Positions 38,067 through 48,969 of a DNA stretch of 64,000 nt are shown in pieces. Source of the stretch: Thermodesulfovibrionales bacterium (lineage in GTDB: Bacteria; Nitrospirota; Thermodesulfovibrionia; Thermodesulfovibrionales; SM23-35); NCBI GenBank assembly GCA_963715195.1, contig CAVQRT010000002.1, forward strand, positions 128,001 to 192,000. The letters are read 5' to 3'. A program made the translations under genes and the position numbers. Every line of letters starts with the position of its first letter. Positions within the stretch are counted from its first letter, which is position 1. The notes under the pieces are model-generated. The model saw only the letters and a program-made list of their open reading frames with translations, was not told the origin of the DNA and searched no databases.

Positions 38067-40673
38067 TTATCGCTCAATAAGATTCCGTACAAACTGCTGT
38101 TCATCCTCCCGTGACTTTGCACGGCCTCTCAATTTTTCATCGAGGAGTTTTCCAAAAATCTTCGTATAGACCGGACCAGGTTCTATGCCCATTTCCTTGA
38201 GGTCTTCACCCGTGAGTGCTGGTTTGATATTTCTCAGCTCAGTAAGATAGCGGGATATGACCTTTTTCTTCTGCCGGTCCTCACTGAGTGCCATTGCAAA
38301 CAGGATCACCTCGAGCTTCAGGTGATGGAAAAGTCTGTAAATTTCTGCGGGGTCACGGACAGGGAGTTGCCTCACTACATCACGTGCAGATGAAATCCCC
38401 TTGATGATCATTTCCTTGATTCTCGGTGACGGTGACAATCTGTCTATAGTTGTCCTGATATCCTCCGCCTTCAATCCTGCAAGTAATGCCATGAGGTACA
38501 AAACCCCCGTATCGGGATTTTCTTCCAGGAAAAGCAGATTGAACCACAAGAGCGTCTCATGCATTGATCTGAGGGTTGCTTCGAGATCATCGGTAAAATT
38601 AAGGGTCGGACAGACGACCTTGAGGAGGCCAAATTCTGAAACCCGCTTGAGTGTCCTTATCGGATCAGTCTCCTGAAACGATAAGCGCAATTCTTCATAG
38701 AGTCTCGGCCCGGACAGTTTATCAAACAAGTTCATCTCTATGGTGGACTTGATCAGGTTTTCCGTATGTTTGCTGATCTTGAATCCGAACCGCTCTGAGA
38801 ACCGGACTGCCCTGAATGCCCGCGTAGGGTCTTCGACAAAACTGAGATTATGGAGCACTCTGATCGTTTTTTCCCTGAGATCTCTCTGCCCGCCGAAAAA
38901 ATCGAGGAGCACGCCGAAATCCTCCGGATTCAATTTGACCGCAAGGGTGTTGATCGTGAAATCCCTCCGGTATAAATCCTTCTTGATTGATGATGTCTCT
39001 ACCTTCGGGAGCGCTGCAGGAGACTCGTAGTATTCTGTACGGGCCGTTGCCACATCAATCTTGAATGCGTGGAGAAATATCTGTGCGGTACCGAATTTCT
39101 GATGCGTCCTGACTTTTGCATGCAGTCGTTCCCCGATTGTCCGGGCAAAAAGAATTCCGTCCCCCTCGATAACGATATCAAGGTCAAGATTTTCTTCACC
39201 GCGCAGGAGGTCTCTTACAGAGCCGCCGACAAGATATGCATGAAAACCGAGTGCCTCTGCAACCTCACCGGACAGTTTCAGGAGCGTGACTATCTCCCCG
39301 GGAAACTTCTCCTTCAGCCATGATGACAGGTTTCTTCCGATCGTCAGCCGCTCCCTGCTTACTGTTTCCCCGATCTTCCTGCGTCTGAGGAATTCCTCAT
39401 AAAGCGTGCGCAGGAGATCGGTTCTCGTTATTGCGCCGATAATTTTCCGATTTTCGACCACAGGCATAAACCGCTGGTTTTGCTCTATCATTAAAGTTTC
39501 AATCTCCCGTATGGAAGTGAGCGGCCCCACGGTTATTGCGTCGCTCGTTGCAAAGTCTTCAGATTTGCTCTTGCCAAAACCGAGGAACAGGGCCTTTTCA
39601 ACAATTTCCCGCGATATGAGACCGGCAAAAGCATCTCCATGCAATACAGGGAGCACATTCACTCCGTACCGGGTCATCATCCCTTCTGCATGCTTTATCG
39701 TGACATCCCGCTGCACACTGATGACAGGCCGGGTCATGATATCAGAGGCAACCTTGGCCGGTTTCACGTTTTCTCTGATGAGCTGCTGCAACCGCTCCTC
39801 GACTATTTCGAGTGCCTCTCCCTTAATTGTTGCAGCCGCTGCGGTAGGATGCCCTCCTCCCCCAAAGTCTCTCATCACCCTGGAGACATCAAACTCCGGA
39901 ACCTTGCTCCGGGCAACGAGTACTATTTTCCCTTCCATGCTGAGCAGGACAATCACTGCATCAATATCTTCCATATCAATCATCCTGTGGGCGAGGTGCG
40001 CTGCATCACCAAAATACTGCTCCCGGGCTGCCTTTGCTATCTTTACCCGTATGCCGCCGACGATTATCTCATTTGATGATTGAATGAGTTCGTTCAGCAG
40101 GTCAAATTCCTCCATGCTCAGTTCCATCTTTATGAAGCTCGAAATAATGTTCAGGTTTGCCCCCCTCTTGAGGAGATAGGAGACAGCCATGAGATCTCTC
40201 TCTGTTGTAGAAGGGAAAAGAAAACACCCCGTCTCTTCGTAAATGCCGAGTGCAAGAATCGTAGCCTCCATGGGTGACGGATGGATTTTCCGGTTCTTCA
40301 GTATCTCGGTAAAGATCGTTGCGGTTGCCCCGACACGTTCGATCTTTTCCAGCTCGCCCCGTATGTCCCCTTCGCGAAAAGGATGGTGATCGTAAATATG
40401 AACCCTGATGCTCCTACCGGTAAGAAGCTTTGCAAAAGGTCCGATCCTGTCGGGTATCTTGGTATCCACGATGATCAATCGTGTGACCTTAGTGAGGTCA
40501 ACTTCTTTGACGCGCTTTACGTCTATCGGATTGAACGCTTCAATGAAGTCCCTGAGTTTCTTCTCCTGGGAACCGGGAAAGACGATCTCTGCATCCGGGT
40601 ACAACTTTTTTGCTGCTACCATTGATGCAAGGGAATCGAAATCTGCGTTTACGTGGGAGGTAATAATATCCAC
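38067..40673 (-). CDS. DHH/DHHA1-CBS-tRNA nucleotidyltransferase (probably A-adding type)
   Basis: HVNADFD, YDHH, GGGGH; CBS pair; VGGSVRDLL, DLD, RRDFTIN, EDPTR. Confidence 0.9.
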   Translation of the reverse strand: MDIITSHVNADFDSLASMVAAKKLYPDAEIVFPGSQEKKLRDFIEAFNPIDVKRVKEVDLTKVTRLIIVDTKIPDRIGPFAKLLTGRSIRVHIYDHHPFREGDIRGELEKIERVGATATIFTEILKNRKIHPSPMEATILALGIYEETGCFLFPSTTERDLMAVSYLLKRGANLNIISSFIKMELSMEEFDLLNELIQSSNEIIVGGIRVKIAKAAREQYFGDAAHLAHRMIDMEDIDAVIVLLSMEGKIVLVARSKVPEFDVSRVMRDFGGGGHPTAAAATIKGEALEIVEERLQQLIRENVKPAKVASDIMTRPVISVQRDVTIKHAEGMMTRYGVNVLPVLHGDAFAGLISREIVEKALFLGFGKSKSEDFATSDAITVGPLTSIREIETLMIEQNQRFMPVVENRKIIGAITRTDLLRTLYEEFLRRRKIGETVSRERLTIGRNLSSWLKEKFPGEIVTLLKLSGEVAEALGFHAYLVGGSVRDLLRGEENLDLDIVIEGDGILFARTIGERLHAKVRTHQKFGTAQIFLHAFKIDVATARTEYYESPAALPKVETSSIKKDLYRRDFTINTLAVKLNPEDFGVLLDFFGGQRDLREKTIRVLHNLSFVEDPTRAFRAVRFSERFGFKISKHTENLIKSTIEMNLFDKLSGPRLYEELRLSFQETDPIRTLKRVSEFGLLKVVCPTLNFTDDLEATLRSMHETLLWFNLLFLEENPDTGVLYLMALLAGLKAEDIRTTIDRLSPSPRIKEMIIKGISSARDVVRQLPVRDPAEIYRLFHHLKLEVILFAMALSEDRQKKKVISRYLTELRNIKPALTGEDLKEMGIEPGPVYTKIFGKLLDEKLRGRAKSREDEQQFVRNLIER

Positions 40674-40708
40674 AATCTATTGTAACAGATACAACAGCGG
40701 CAGAATGC

Positions 40709-42115
40709 TCACAGGGCCGTGTGAGCAATGATCAGGTTACGTCCTTTTGCCTTGGCTTCGTAGAGGGCATTATCTGCGAAGTTGATCAGGTCATCAGCAT
40801 TCTGAATTCTCTGGTCAGGAAGACAGGCTATCCCAAAACTTACGGTGATTCTCTGCCCCTCATGCAGCTGCATCAGTTGAGTTTCCTTCACCACCTTCTG
40901 GATTCTCCTGGCTTCGATGAGCGCACCTTTCAGAGATGTCTGGGGAAGGAGTATGATGAATTCCTCTCCTCCGTAGCGTGCCACCAGATCGGACTTCCTC
41001 GTATGCCGTTTGACAAGTTGGGCAAACTCTCTAAGAACAAAATCTCCGACCCTGTGTCCATAAGAATCGTTGATCTTTTTGAAATGGTCGATGTCGAGCA
41101 TAATACAACTGAGCGGCATCTGATAACGTCCCGCCCTGCTGAATTCCTCTTCAAGACGGGAGTAAAAGTACCGGATGTTATAAATCCCAGTGAGATAATC
41201 CGTTACGGCCAGCTTCTCGAGCCTTGCCTTTTCCTGGGAGAGTTTCTGATACAGGAAAGCATTGTAGAGGGCGTGAGACGATGCATTCGCAAGCGCAACA
41301 CAGAGTTGTATCTCCCTCTTCGTAAAAGCGTGGTTGGCCCTCGAAGTCCTCAGCAGCATGGTACCGATTATCTCTTCACGAAAGAATATTGGGATGACAA
41401 GGATTGACCGGATGCCAAGCGGCGCGATGAGTTCCCTCACGTTCTTCATGAGCGGGTCCTTCTGGGCATCCTGAATAACAACAGGCTTTCTGCTTGATAA
41501 AACGCTTCTGATTTCAGGGTACTTCTCGAGATCCAGTCGGATGTTGGTAATCATGGGGTCCTCGAATGTCGAGATTACCTGGGCATACCGCTCATCTTCT
41601 GCATTGATGCTAATCATCGAGCATCTCGTCACTTTCAGAATCTCCGATATTTTCTTAACGACAAGATAGAGCACCTCTTTCGGGTTGAGTGTCGACGAGG
41701 CAAGGGAGGTGAGTTCCAGGAGAGCTTGCAAATCTTTTCTGTCTCTGTACAGGCTTTCGATAAGACTCCTTTTGTCTATGAGTGTTTTCAGCTTGTAGTC
41801 GAGCTCTTCCTTGTAAAACGGACTGACCAAATAACACTCAACATCGGATTTTATGGCTGAATGTATGCCTTTTGTTTCATCCTTCGAGATAACGGCGATG
41901 ACCGGACAGGAAATTTCAGAAGTCTGTAATTCACCGATCCCGTCAGGACTGCTGATGATCAGGACATCAGGCTTTTTTGCCTCGATTTCCTGCTGTAAGG
42001 TATGCCTGCCTTTTCTGAAAAAGTGGACTGAATAGTGCTTTTTTTCCCGAAAGAATGATTTGAGAAATCGTATGACATCCTTGTTTTCTTCGTATACCAG
42101 TATTGTTTTTTCCAT
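40709..42115 (-). CDS. Diguanylate cyclase (pseudo-receiver + GAF + GGDEF)
   Basis: DYLTGIYN, DIDHFKKINDSYGH, RKSD I-site, RYGGEEF. Confidence 0.93.
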   Translation of the reverse strand: MEKTILVYEENKDVIRFLKSFFREKKHYSVHFFRKGRHTLQQEIEAKKPDVLIISSPDGIGELQTSEISCPVIAVISKDETKGIHSAIKSDVECYLVSPFYKEELDYKLKTLIDKRSLIESLYRDRKDLQALLELTSLASSTLNPKEVLYLVVKKISEILKVTRCSMISINAEDERYAQVISTFEDPMITNIRLDLEKYPEIRSVLSSRKPVVIQDAQKDPLMKNVRELIAPLGIRSILVIPIFFREEIIGTMLLRTSRANHAFTKREIQLCVALANASSHALYNAFLYQKLSQEKARLEKLAVTDYLTGIYNIRYFYSRLEEEFSRAGRYQMPLSCIMLDIDHFKKINDSYGHRVGDFVLREFAQLVKRHTRKSDLVARYGGEEFIILLPQTSLKGALIEARRIQKVVKETQLMQLHEGQRITVSFGIACLPDQRIQNADDLINFADNALYEAKAKGRNLIIAHTAL

Positions 42116-42185
42116 TGCTGAAACTATAGCAAAAACAATGCGAAATGTCGATGATTTGACCTTGAATTATACTCACCTGAATTAT

Positions 42186-43898
42186 TTATTTTTTCAATGC
42201 ATGCATAAGCGAACGGTAGTTAAGGGTATTCAAAACATCCGTTTTTTCAAGCCACCCCCTCCGCGCCATCGAAACTCCATACTCCATATAATCGAACTGA
42301 TTTACCATGTGAGTATCTGTGCTGATGACAAGCCGTACCTGCATCTCCCTCGCTTTTCTCGCGTAGACATCATTAAGATCGAGTCTGAAGGGATAGGCAT
42401 TGATCTCTATGGCAGTTCCTGTTTGGTGAGCGGCCCTGAGCACCTCGGGCATATCCACATCATACGGATCCCTCTCCCCGATCAGTCTGCCGGTAGGATG
42501 TGCAATGACAGACACATAGGGATTACGCATGGCAGATACCAGCCGTTTCGTAATCTGTTCTTTGCTCTGCCTGAAACCCGAATGGATTGAGGCTACAACA
42601 ATATCCATCTGCTTGAGGATTTCATCGTCAAAATCCATGCGCCCGTCACCCCGTATGTCAACCTCAACTCCTGCAAGTACTTTGAATCCCTTCAGTTTCT
42701 TGTTCAGAGCTGCTATTGCCGTCTTCTCCTCGATGAGTTTCTCCTCGCTCAGCCCTCGCGCGATCCCGAGCCCCTTGGAATGATCCGTTATTGCTATGTA
42801 TTCATATCCACGCTTTCTGGCCGCCATAATGAGTTCATCAAAATCGTGACTGCCGTCGCTTCGCCTGGTATGAACATGAAGATCACCCCTGATATCGGAG
42901 GAAATGATAAGATGAGGCAGCCGTCCTGCTGCCGCCGCCTCTATCTCACCGGCGTCCTCGCGCAATTCAGGGGCAATAAAGGGCAGCCCGAGCAGCCGGT
43001 ATACTTCTTCCTCGCGCCTGCCACCAAGTTTCTTCTGATCCTTCTCCCTGAATACGCCGTATTCATTAATCTTGAGCCCGGACCTCACCGCCATTTCCCG
43101 TAACCGTATATTATGTGCCTTGCTTCCGGTGAAGTATGCCAGTGCAGCACCGAAACAGTCTTCATCAACAACTCGCAAGTCGACCTGAAGCCCTTCATGG
43201 ACAATAACACTGGATTTTGTGGGGCCGTGCATGATGACCTCTTTTACACCGGGAAGATGAATGAAGGCATTCATAACAGCCTTTGGATTCTTTGATGTGG
43301 CCAATATATCGATATCCTTGACAGTATCTTTCCATCTCCGGATGCTTCCCGCAATCTGGATCTGATTGACCGGTGCATTTTCCCTGAGATCATCCACAAT
43401 TTCCTTAGCAATGGGCAAGACCTTTCCGAGTGGCTGCCTTTCCATTCCCCTTTTCAGCATCTCAATGCCTTTAATGATATGCTCTTCAGTCTTCTCTCTT
43501 ATGCCGGGCAGGCCGGTGAGTTTGTGTTCCCGGGCCAGACGTTCAAGGTCGTGCATATCTTTCACCTGTAATTTCTCAAAAAGCAGTTTTGCGGTCTTCG
43601 GGCCAAGACCGGGGATGGAAAGAAGGAGGCTCAGTCCACCGGGCACCTCTTTCCTAAGATCGTCATAAGCGAGTATTTTCCCGGTCTGGATATACTCCAG
43701 AATCTTGCCCGCCAGATCATGTCCGATGCCGGGAATTTTCAGGAGTTCTCCCTCGGAAGCTGAGGATATATCTGTTGAGAGACTCTCGATATTCAATGCG
43801 GCACGTCGGTAAGCCCTTATTCTGAAAGGGTTTTCACCTTTTATTTCGAGGAGGTCTGCGATCTCATTGAAAATCCTTGTGATCTCCGGATTCTTCAT
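42186..43898 (-). CDS. polX: DNA polymerase X / PHP exonuclease
   Basis: [52 protein letters not shown]. Confidence 0.96.
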   Translation of the reverse strand: MKNPEITRIFNEIADLLEIKGENPFRIRAYRRAALNIESLSTDISSASEGELLKIPGIGHDLAGKILEYIQTGKILAYDDLRKEVPGGLSLLLSIPGLGPKTAKLLFEKLQVKDMHDLERLAREHKLTGLPGIREKTEEHIIKGIEMLKRGMERQPLGKVLPIAKEIVDDLRENAPVNQIQIAGSIRRWKDTVKDIDILATSKNPKAVMNAFIHLPGVKEVIMHGPTKSSVIVHEGLQVDLRVVDEDCFGAALAYFTGSKAHNIRLREMAVRSGLKINEYGVFREKDQKKLGGRREEEVYRLLGLPFIAPELREDAGEIEAAAAGRLPHLIISSDIRGDLHVHTRRSDGSHDFDELIMAARKRGYEYIAITDHSKGLGIARGLSEEKLIEEKTAIAALNKKLKGFKVLAGVEVDIRGDGRMDFDDEILKQMDIVVASIHSGFRQSKEQITKRLVSAMRNPYVSVIAHPTGRLIGERDPYDVDMPEVLRAAHQTGTAIEINAYPFRLDLNDVYARKAREMQVRLVISTDTHMVNQFDYMEYGVSMARRGWLEKTDVLNTLNYRSLMHALKK

Positions 43899-44123
43899 AG
43901 AAAAAGTATAGCAAAAAAAAGGTGAACAATCATTACAGGATTCTCTCTGATAAGCTGGCCTTTGTCAGCAGGTTGAATTCGGGAAAATACAAAGAAGGAT
44001 GTGATTTCCCGAAGGAAAACCTGATAATAAAGAACATCCTGTTCAAATGGACGGGAAAAAGGTTTTTATGCCATTTTCCCCCTCTTGAAATATGCTCTGG
44101 AAAGAGTAAAATATAATTAAGAA

Positions 44124-44293
44124 AAGAGATTGCGAGACCCAGGACGGATTAAACCTGAGGATCAAGCAAATTGATAAGGAAGCGGGAGTCGGATGCGGTG
44201 AGCATGCCTTCAGCAACGAGAAGGAAGCCTGAAGCATCTGCCGAAGCCTCCACGTAAAAGCAAGCTCAAGGTTACCGTTTCTGGGATCGCAAT
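44124..44293 (+). ncRNA. ssrS: 6S RNA
   Basis: Rod fold of about 170 nt (ATTGCGA/TCGCAAT, CCCAG/CTGGG, AACC-TGAG/CTCA-GGTT) with a central bubble. Contains CCTGAG, GGTGAGCATGC, GAAGCCT and TCAAGGTTAC in the order I recall from E. coli 6S RNA. TATAAT at 44112-44117; G-U pairs favour the + strand. Confidence 0.82.
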
Positions 44294-44448
44294 TATAAAA
44301 CGCATTCTGGAGCCATGTAAGGGTTAGCAACCGGCAACCGTAATGGCAAATTCATAACATGCCTTACGGGGGTTACAAGACGGTTAATCCCTTATAATGG
44401 CTCTATTTATTTTCGAAAATCTCCTGTCCAAAAAATACATCTTCCAGG

Positions 44449-45741
44449 TTAATGCTTGAAAGCCCTTTGACCGGTAAAAACCATCGTAACTTTCGGATTT
44501 GCCTCATTGCATGCAATGATTGACTCAAAATCCCTCTCAGAACCACCGGGATTTACTATTGCAGTGACACCTTCCTTCATGCCGACGTCAACACCATCTC
44601 TAAAAGGGAAGAACGCATCAGATATCATGACAGAGCCGATCAGACCCCCCTTCTGCTCCCTCGCGTCTGCATCAATCTTCATCAGGTCAGGCCTGTTCCG
44701 TTTGCCGTTACGGACATCAAGCTCGAATGTCTTGTACGGGATGCCATACTGCCGGAAACACAGTGCATCGGCATATTTCGTATACGCCTTGAAGACCGCA
44801 ACCTCTGCAACGCCGACCCTGTCTTGCTCACCGGTGCCTATTCCAACTGTTACACCGTCTTTTACATAGATAACTGAGTTTGAGGTAATCCCCTGCTCCA
44901 CGTTCCAGCCAAAGAGCATATCGTCATATTCCCTGTCAGTCGGCTGCCGCTCGATGATATATTCCTTACCCTGGTAAATTGTCCTGGCGGCTAAAAAATC
45001 ATCCTTCGATCGTATCTTGTTTACAGGGGACTGCTGAACAATAATGCCACCGTCCATCAATGACTTGAAATCGACGAAGCGCATATTCCTGTAAGTCTGC
45101 AATTGATCGATTCTGCTCACCCTGATGATCCTCAAGTTCCTGCGTTTTGCCAATACCGGGATCGTGCCCTCCTCAAATTCGGGTGCAGCTACTACCTCGA
45201 GATAATTCCTGCTGACCATTTCAGCGGTATCTCTGTCCATGGCTCTGTTCAGGACGAGACAGCCACCAAATGCCGCTATCCTGTCCGCCATATTGGCTTT
45301 ATCGTATGCATCAGACAGATTCTTCCCGTATGCCGCACCGCATGGATTATTATGTTTGAGAATCACAGCAGCAGGACGGTCCGTTAGGTATTTGATAATA
45401 TTGAGACCATTATCAAGATCCGTCAGATTTGTCTTGCCGGGGTGTTTGCCTGCCTGAATCATATCCTCTTCAGAAATGCTGCTGACGAGTCCATTCCCCG
45501 GCTGAATAAACTGGCAGGCACCGAGAATCAGATTTCCGTTGACCAGTTCATAGAGTGCTGCTTCCTGCTCAGGATTTTCACCGTACCGGAGACCTTTTTC
45601 GATCAGTTCTCCGGATTTCTCATCAGGTATCTTCCACGTCCTTTTTCGGTATACCAATGTCTGGTCGCCAAACCTGATGATCATCTCATTCGGGAAATGG
45701 TCGGCCATAATCGTCCGGTACATCTTTTTTATATCTGACAT
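44449..45741 (-). CDS. purH: PurH-like protein, AICAR transformylase domain only
   Basis: LRYGENP begins at about residue 51; KHNNPCG, AFGG, SNSV, SDAFFPFRDG, C-terminal RAFKH; no N-terminal IMP cyclohydrolase domain. Confidence 0.85.
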   Translation of the reverse strand: MSDIKKMYRTIMADHFPNEMIIRFGDQTLVYRKRTWKIPDEKSGELIEKGLRYGENPEQEAALYELVNGNLILGACQFIQPGNGLVSSISEEDMIQAGKHPGKTNLTDLDNGLNIIKYLTDRPAAVILKHNNPCGAAYGKNLSDAYDKANMADRIAAFGGCLVLNRAMDRDTAEMVSRNYLEVVAAPEFEEGTIPVLAKRRNLRIIRVSRIDQLQTYRNMRFVDFKSLMDGGIIVQQSPVNKIRSKDDFLAARTIYQGKEYIIERQPTDREYDDMLFGWNVEQGITSNSVIYVKDGVTVGIGTGEQDRVGVAEVAVFKAYTKYADALCFRQYGIPYKTFELDVRNGKRNRPDLMKIDADAREQKGGLIGSVMISDAFFPFRDGVDVGMKEGVTAIVNPGGSERDFESIIACNEANPKVTMVFTGQRAFKH

Positions 45742-45781
45742 CAGACCCTCCTCACGTCGACTACCAACCGTGCATATCTGT

Positions 45782-46564
45782 TCACTTTTTTACGTATTCC
45801 TTTTTGACCTTGAGCGCATCTTCGAGCAAAAGAAGAAATTTGATATACTGGAATCCCAGTTTCATTAATGCAACATCATCCGTTTTTATCTTTTCCACCA
45901 CATCTTTCTCGATGTCAAAAACATCAAGGAATCTGCTCTCAAAGACATACCTTCTGAACCGGTCGACATCATAAAACGCTGTATAAATCTGAGCCTGCTT
46001 GTTAGAATCAAGTTCCTTCAGAAGGGGATTTCTTCTCAACTGAACCTCTCTCCATTCCCGGTTCATTTCATCATAGAGACTCACCTCCTGGTCATCTTTC
46101 CATGACTGTATGGTCCATTGCGTAGCCTCCAGATACCCGAGGCAGTGCGGTTCACGGATAAAGAAATAAAACTCCTCATTCGCCGGCCCTTTTCCTGTTT
46201 CCTTTCGCATGATCCCCTGCCCGATGGGATAATAACGGCAATTTGCAGGCCTATCTGTATAAATCGTGCAGCCTTCCGGGGTAACAAAGGCGCATTTCTT
46301 CTCCCGGTCATCCAGCATATTCAGTCTTACGAGCGGCTGTTTCGACTTGTCATCAAGTTCCATATGCGTATACTTGTCGAGGAATTCTTCAGAGGATATC
46401 CCCAGCCTTTTTTTCATCCTGATAATATCATATGGGGTGAGAAGGATGTTTATATCGCTGCAGCATTTTGTAAAACACGGTATGCCCGGATGGCACCTGA
46501 ACCGGAACTCTGATTCCAGCGTAAGCTGGGTTGGTTCCACATCTTTCATGCTTGGTAACGGCAT
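45782..46564 (-). CDS. YkgJ family cysteine-cluster (Zn/Fe-binding) protein
   Basis: FRCHPGIPCFTKCC, LTPYD, CAFVTPEGCTIYTDRPANCRYYP, EPHCLG. Confidence 0.88.
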   Translation of the reverse strand: MPLPSMKDVEPTQLTLESEFRFRCHPGIPCFTKCCSDINILLTPYDIIRMKKRLGISSEEFLDKYTHMELDDKSKQPLVRLNMLDDREKKCAFVTPEGCTIYTDRPANCRYYPIGQGIMRKETGKGPANEEFYFFIREPHCLGYLEATQWTIQSWKDDQEVSLYDEMNREWREVQLRRNPLLKELDSNKQAQIYTAFYDVDRFRRYVFESRFLDVFDIEKDVVEKIKTDDVALMKLGFQYIKFLLLLEDALKVKKEYVKK

Positions 46565-46728
46565 TGTTATTCAATCCTTTCTATCTGATTTTCAGCAGTT
46601 CCCTGATCCCAACTTCATCAGTCTGTTTCATATTTATCGATAAAGGCACTTCCAGGGATAAAGCCGATAATGAATGGCTCAATGAAAATACTCACCGGTT
46701 TTCCTGCAAAAAATTTCTCTATTATAAT

Positions 46729-46760
46729 AAAAAAGGCCGGCAGGTATCACTGCCGGCCTT
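46729..46760 (-). terminator. Intrinsic terminator after hppA
   Basis: AAGGCCGGCAG-tgatac-CTGCCGGCCTT followed by a T tract. Confidence 0.85.
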
Positions 46761-46775
46761 GAAATCTTCTGAGAA

Positions 46776-48859
46776 CTATATCAGCGGGACAATCAGCAGC
46801 GCAACGATATTGATGACCTTGATCATCGGGTTGATTGCTGGTCCTGCTGTATCCTTATATGGGTCGCCGACGGTGTCACCTGTGACAGCGGCTTTATGTC
46901 CATCGCTCCCTTTCTTGTGCATGACGCCTTTGGAGTCGGTAACGCCTTCTTCAAAGGATTTCTTGGCATTGTCCCATGCACCGCCGCCGCTGGTCATTGC
47001 AATCGCCTGGAACAATCCTGTGATGATACTGCCGATGAGGACTCCTCCGAGCGCCTCCCTGCCTAAAAGCAAACCGACAACGATCGGGGTCACGACAGGA
47101 ATGAGGGCAGGAACCATCATCTGTCTTATCGCACCTTTCGTAACAATATCAACGCACTTGCCATACTCAGGCTTGCCCGTACCTTCCATGATTCCCGGTA
47201 TTTCTCTGAACTGCCTTCTGACCTCTTCAACAATACTACCGGCAGCCTTTCCAACCGCCTCCATCAGAAGAGAGCCAAAATAGTAGGGAAGGAGTCCACC
47301 GATGAAGAGTCCGACAAGTACCAACGGGTTCGAAAGTTCAAATGCAAGTGTGCGTATCCAAAAGACCTCGAATACTCTGCAAAGAGAACCAATGCGGCAA
47401 GACCTGCCGAACCGATCGCATACCCTTTTGTGACAGCCTTTGTCGTATTTCCGACTGCATCCAGCGGGTCAGTGATTTCACGGATCTCTTTCGGAAGCTC
47501 TGCCATTTCTGCGATACCACCTGCATTGTCGGTAATCGGGCCGTATGAGTCAATAGCCACAACAATACCGGTCATTGAGAGCATCGAGACTGCTGACAGA
47601 GCAATTGCAAAAAGTCCTGCAACAGCCTGAGCCGCACTAAGATTGCTGAATCCTCCGGCACCAATATAGAACGCCCAAACAATCGCTCCACAAATTACTA
47701 TGACAGGCGCTCCCGTTGATTTCATACTGACTGCGAGTCCGGCAATAACATTTGTCCCATGGCCGGTAAGGCTCGCCTGTGCAATATGCTGAACAGGCTT
47801 AAAACTGGTGGATGTAAAATACTCGGTAATCATAACAATCAGGCCGGTGAGAAGAAGACCTATCACCGCAGTGAGAAATACCCCCATCTGGGTAAAAGGC
47901 GCAATACCGCCTTCTGGAGTCACACCGGGAAGTCCCAGAAACCATCCGGCTACAATATAGAATGCGATTGCAGCCAGGATACCGGATACTGCCAATCCTT
48001 TATACAGGGCACCCATGATATACTGGCTTTTGCCGAGGCGCACAAAATATGTCCCGATAACAGAAGCCACGATTGAAATGCCACCGATCAGCAAGGGGAA
48101 TTCAACCCACGGACTATCGGCTCCAAAAGCAGTTTTTGCAAGGAGCATGGCTGCAACGAGCGTAACGGTGTAGGTTTCATAAAGGTCAGCTGCCATTCCG
48201 GCACAGTCACCGACGTTGTCACCGACGTTATCTGCGATAACTGCGGGGTTTCTCGGGTCATCCTCCGGAATGCCGGCCTCAACTTTACCGACAAGGTCTG
48301 CACCGACGTCTGCTGCCTTTGTATAAATACCACCGGCGATACGGGCAAAGACGCTCATCAGGGAGCAACCGAACCCAAGACCGACCAGCGCATGAAAGGC
48401 TTCTTCACCTGCTGCAGACTTCGCAATAAAATAGTACCCCGATATTCCAATAATACCCAATCCAACAACCATAATACCGGTAACAGAGCCACCCTTAAAG
48501 GCAACATTTAGGGCTGCAGCAAGTCCCTTATATGCAGCCTGTGTTGTACGGACATTCGATCGTACCGTAACCATCATACCGATATATCCGGCCAGTGCGG
48601 AACCGACCGCCCCGATTATAAACCCGATCGCTATCCACGTGCCCAGAAAAAACAATAATATGGTGATTACCACTCCTACCATTGCAACAGTCGTATATTC
48701 ACGTCTGAGAAAAGCGGTTGCACCTTCACGCACGGCATCCGAAATAGCCTGCATGCGCTCACTCCCCTTATCCTGCTTAAGAACCCATGATGCGGTAATC
48801 AGGGAATACAGGACACCGAGTGCACCACATGCCAAAGCGAATAGAATTATATTACTCAT
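46776..48859 (-). CDS. hppA: Membrane-bound H+-translocating pyrophosphatase, K+-independent type; apparent frameshift at about 47341-47360
   Basis: [38 protein letters not shown] (Lys marks K+ independence). The second ORF carries GGAWDNAKK and [10 protein letters not shown]. Confidence 0.93.
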
Positions 48860-48969
48860 ACATACCCTCCTTTTTTGATCTTACTCAACGAGTTACCAGT
48901 GAAAAGGCAATATTGTTTCTTAACCTTCCACCTCCTCCCTCTCTTTTGATTTCTCTCAAACAGATTTTT

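Noticed and set aside
43922..44330. ORFs 43922..44116 and 44043..44330
   Set aside because: No motifs; they overlap the 6S RNA and its promoter.
45741..45782. ZTP riboswitch upstream of purH
   Set aside because: Only 40 nt of intergenic space and no recognisable aptamer.
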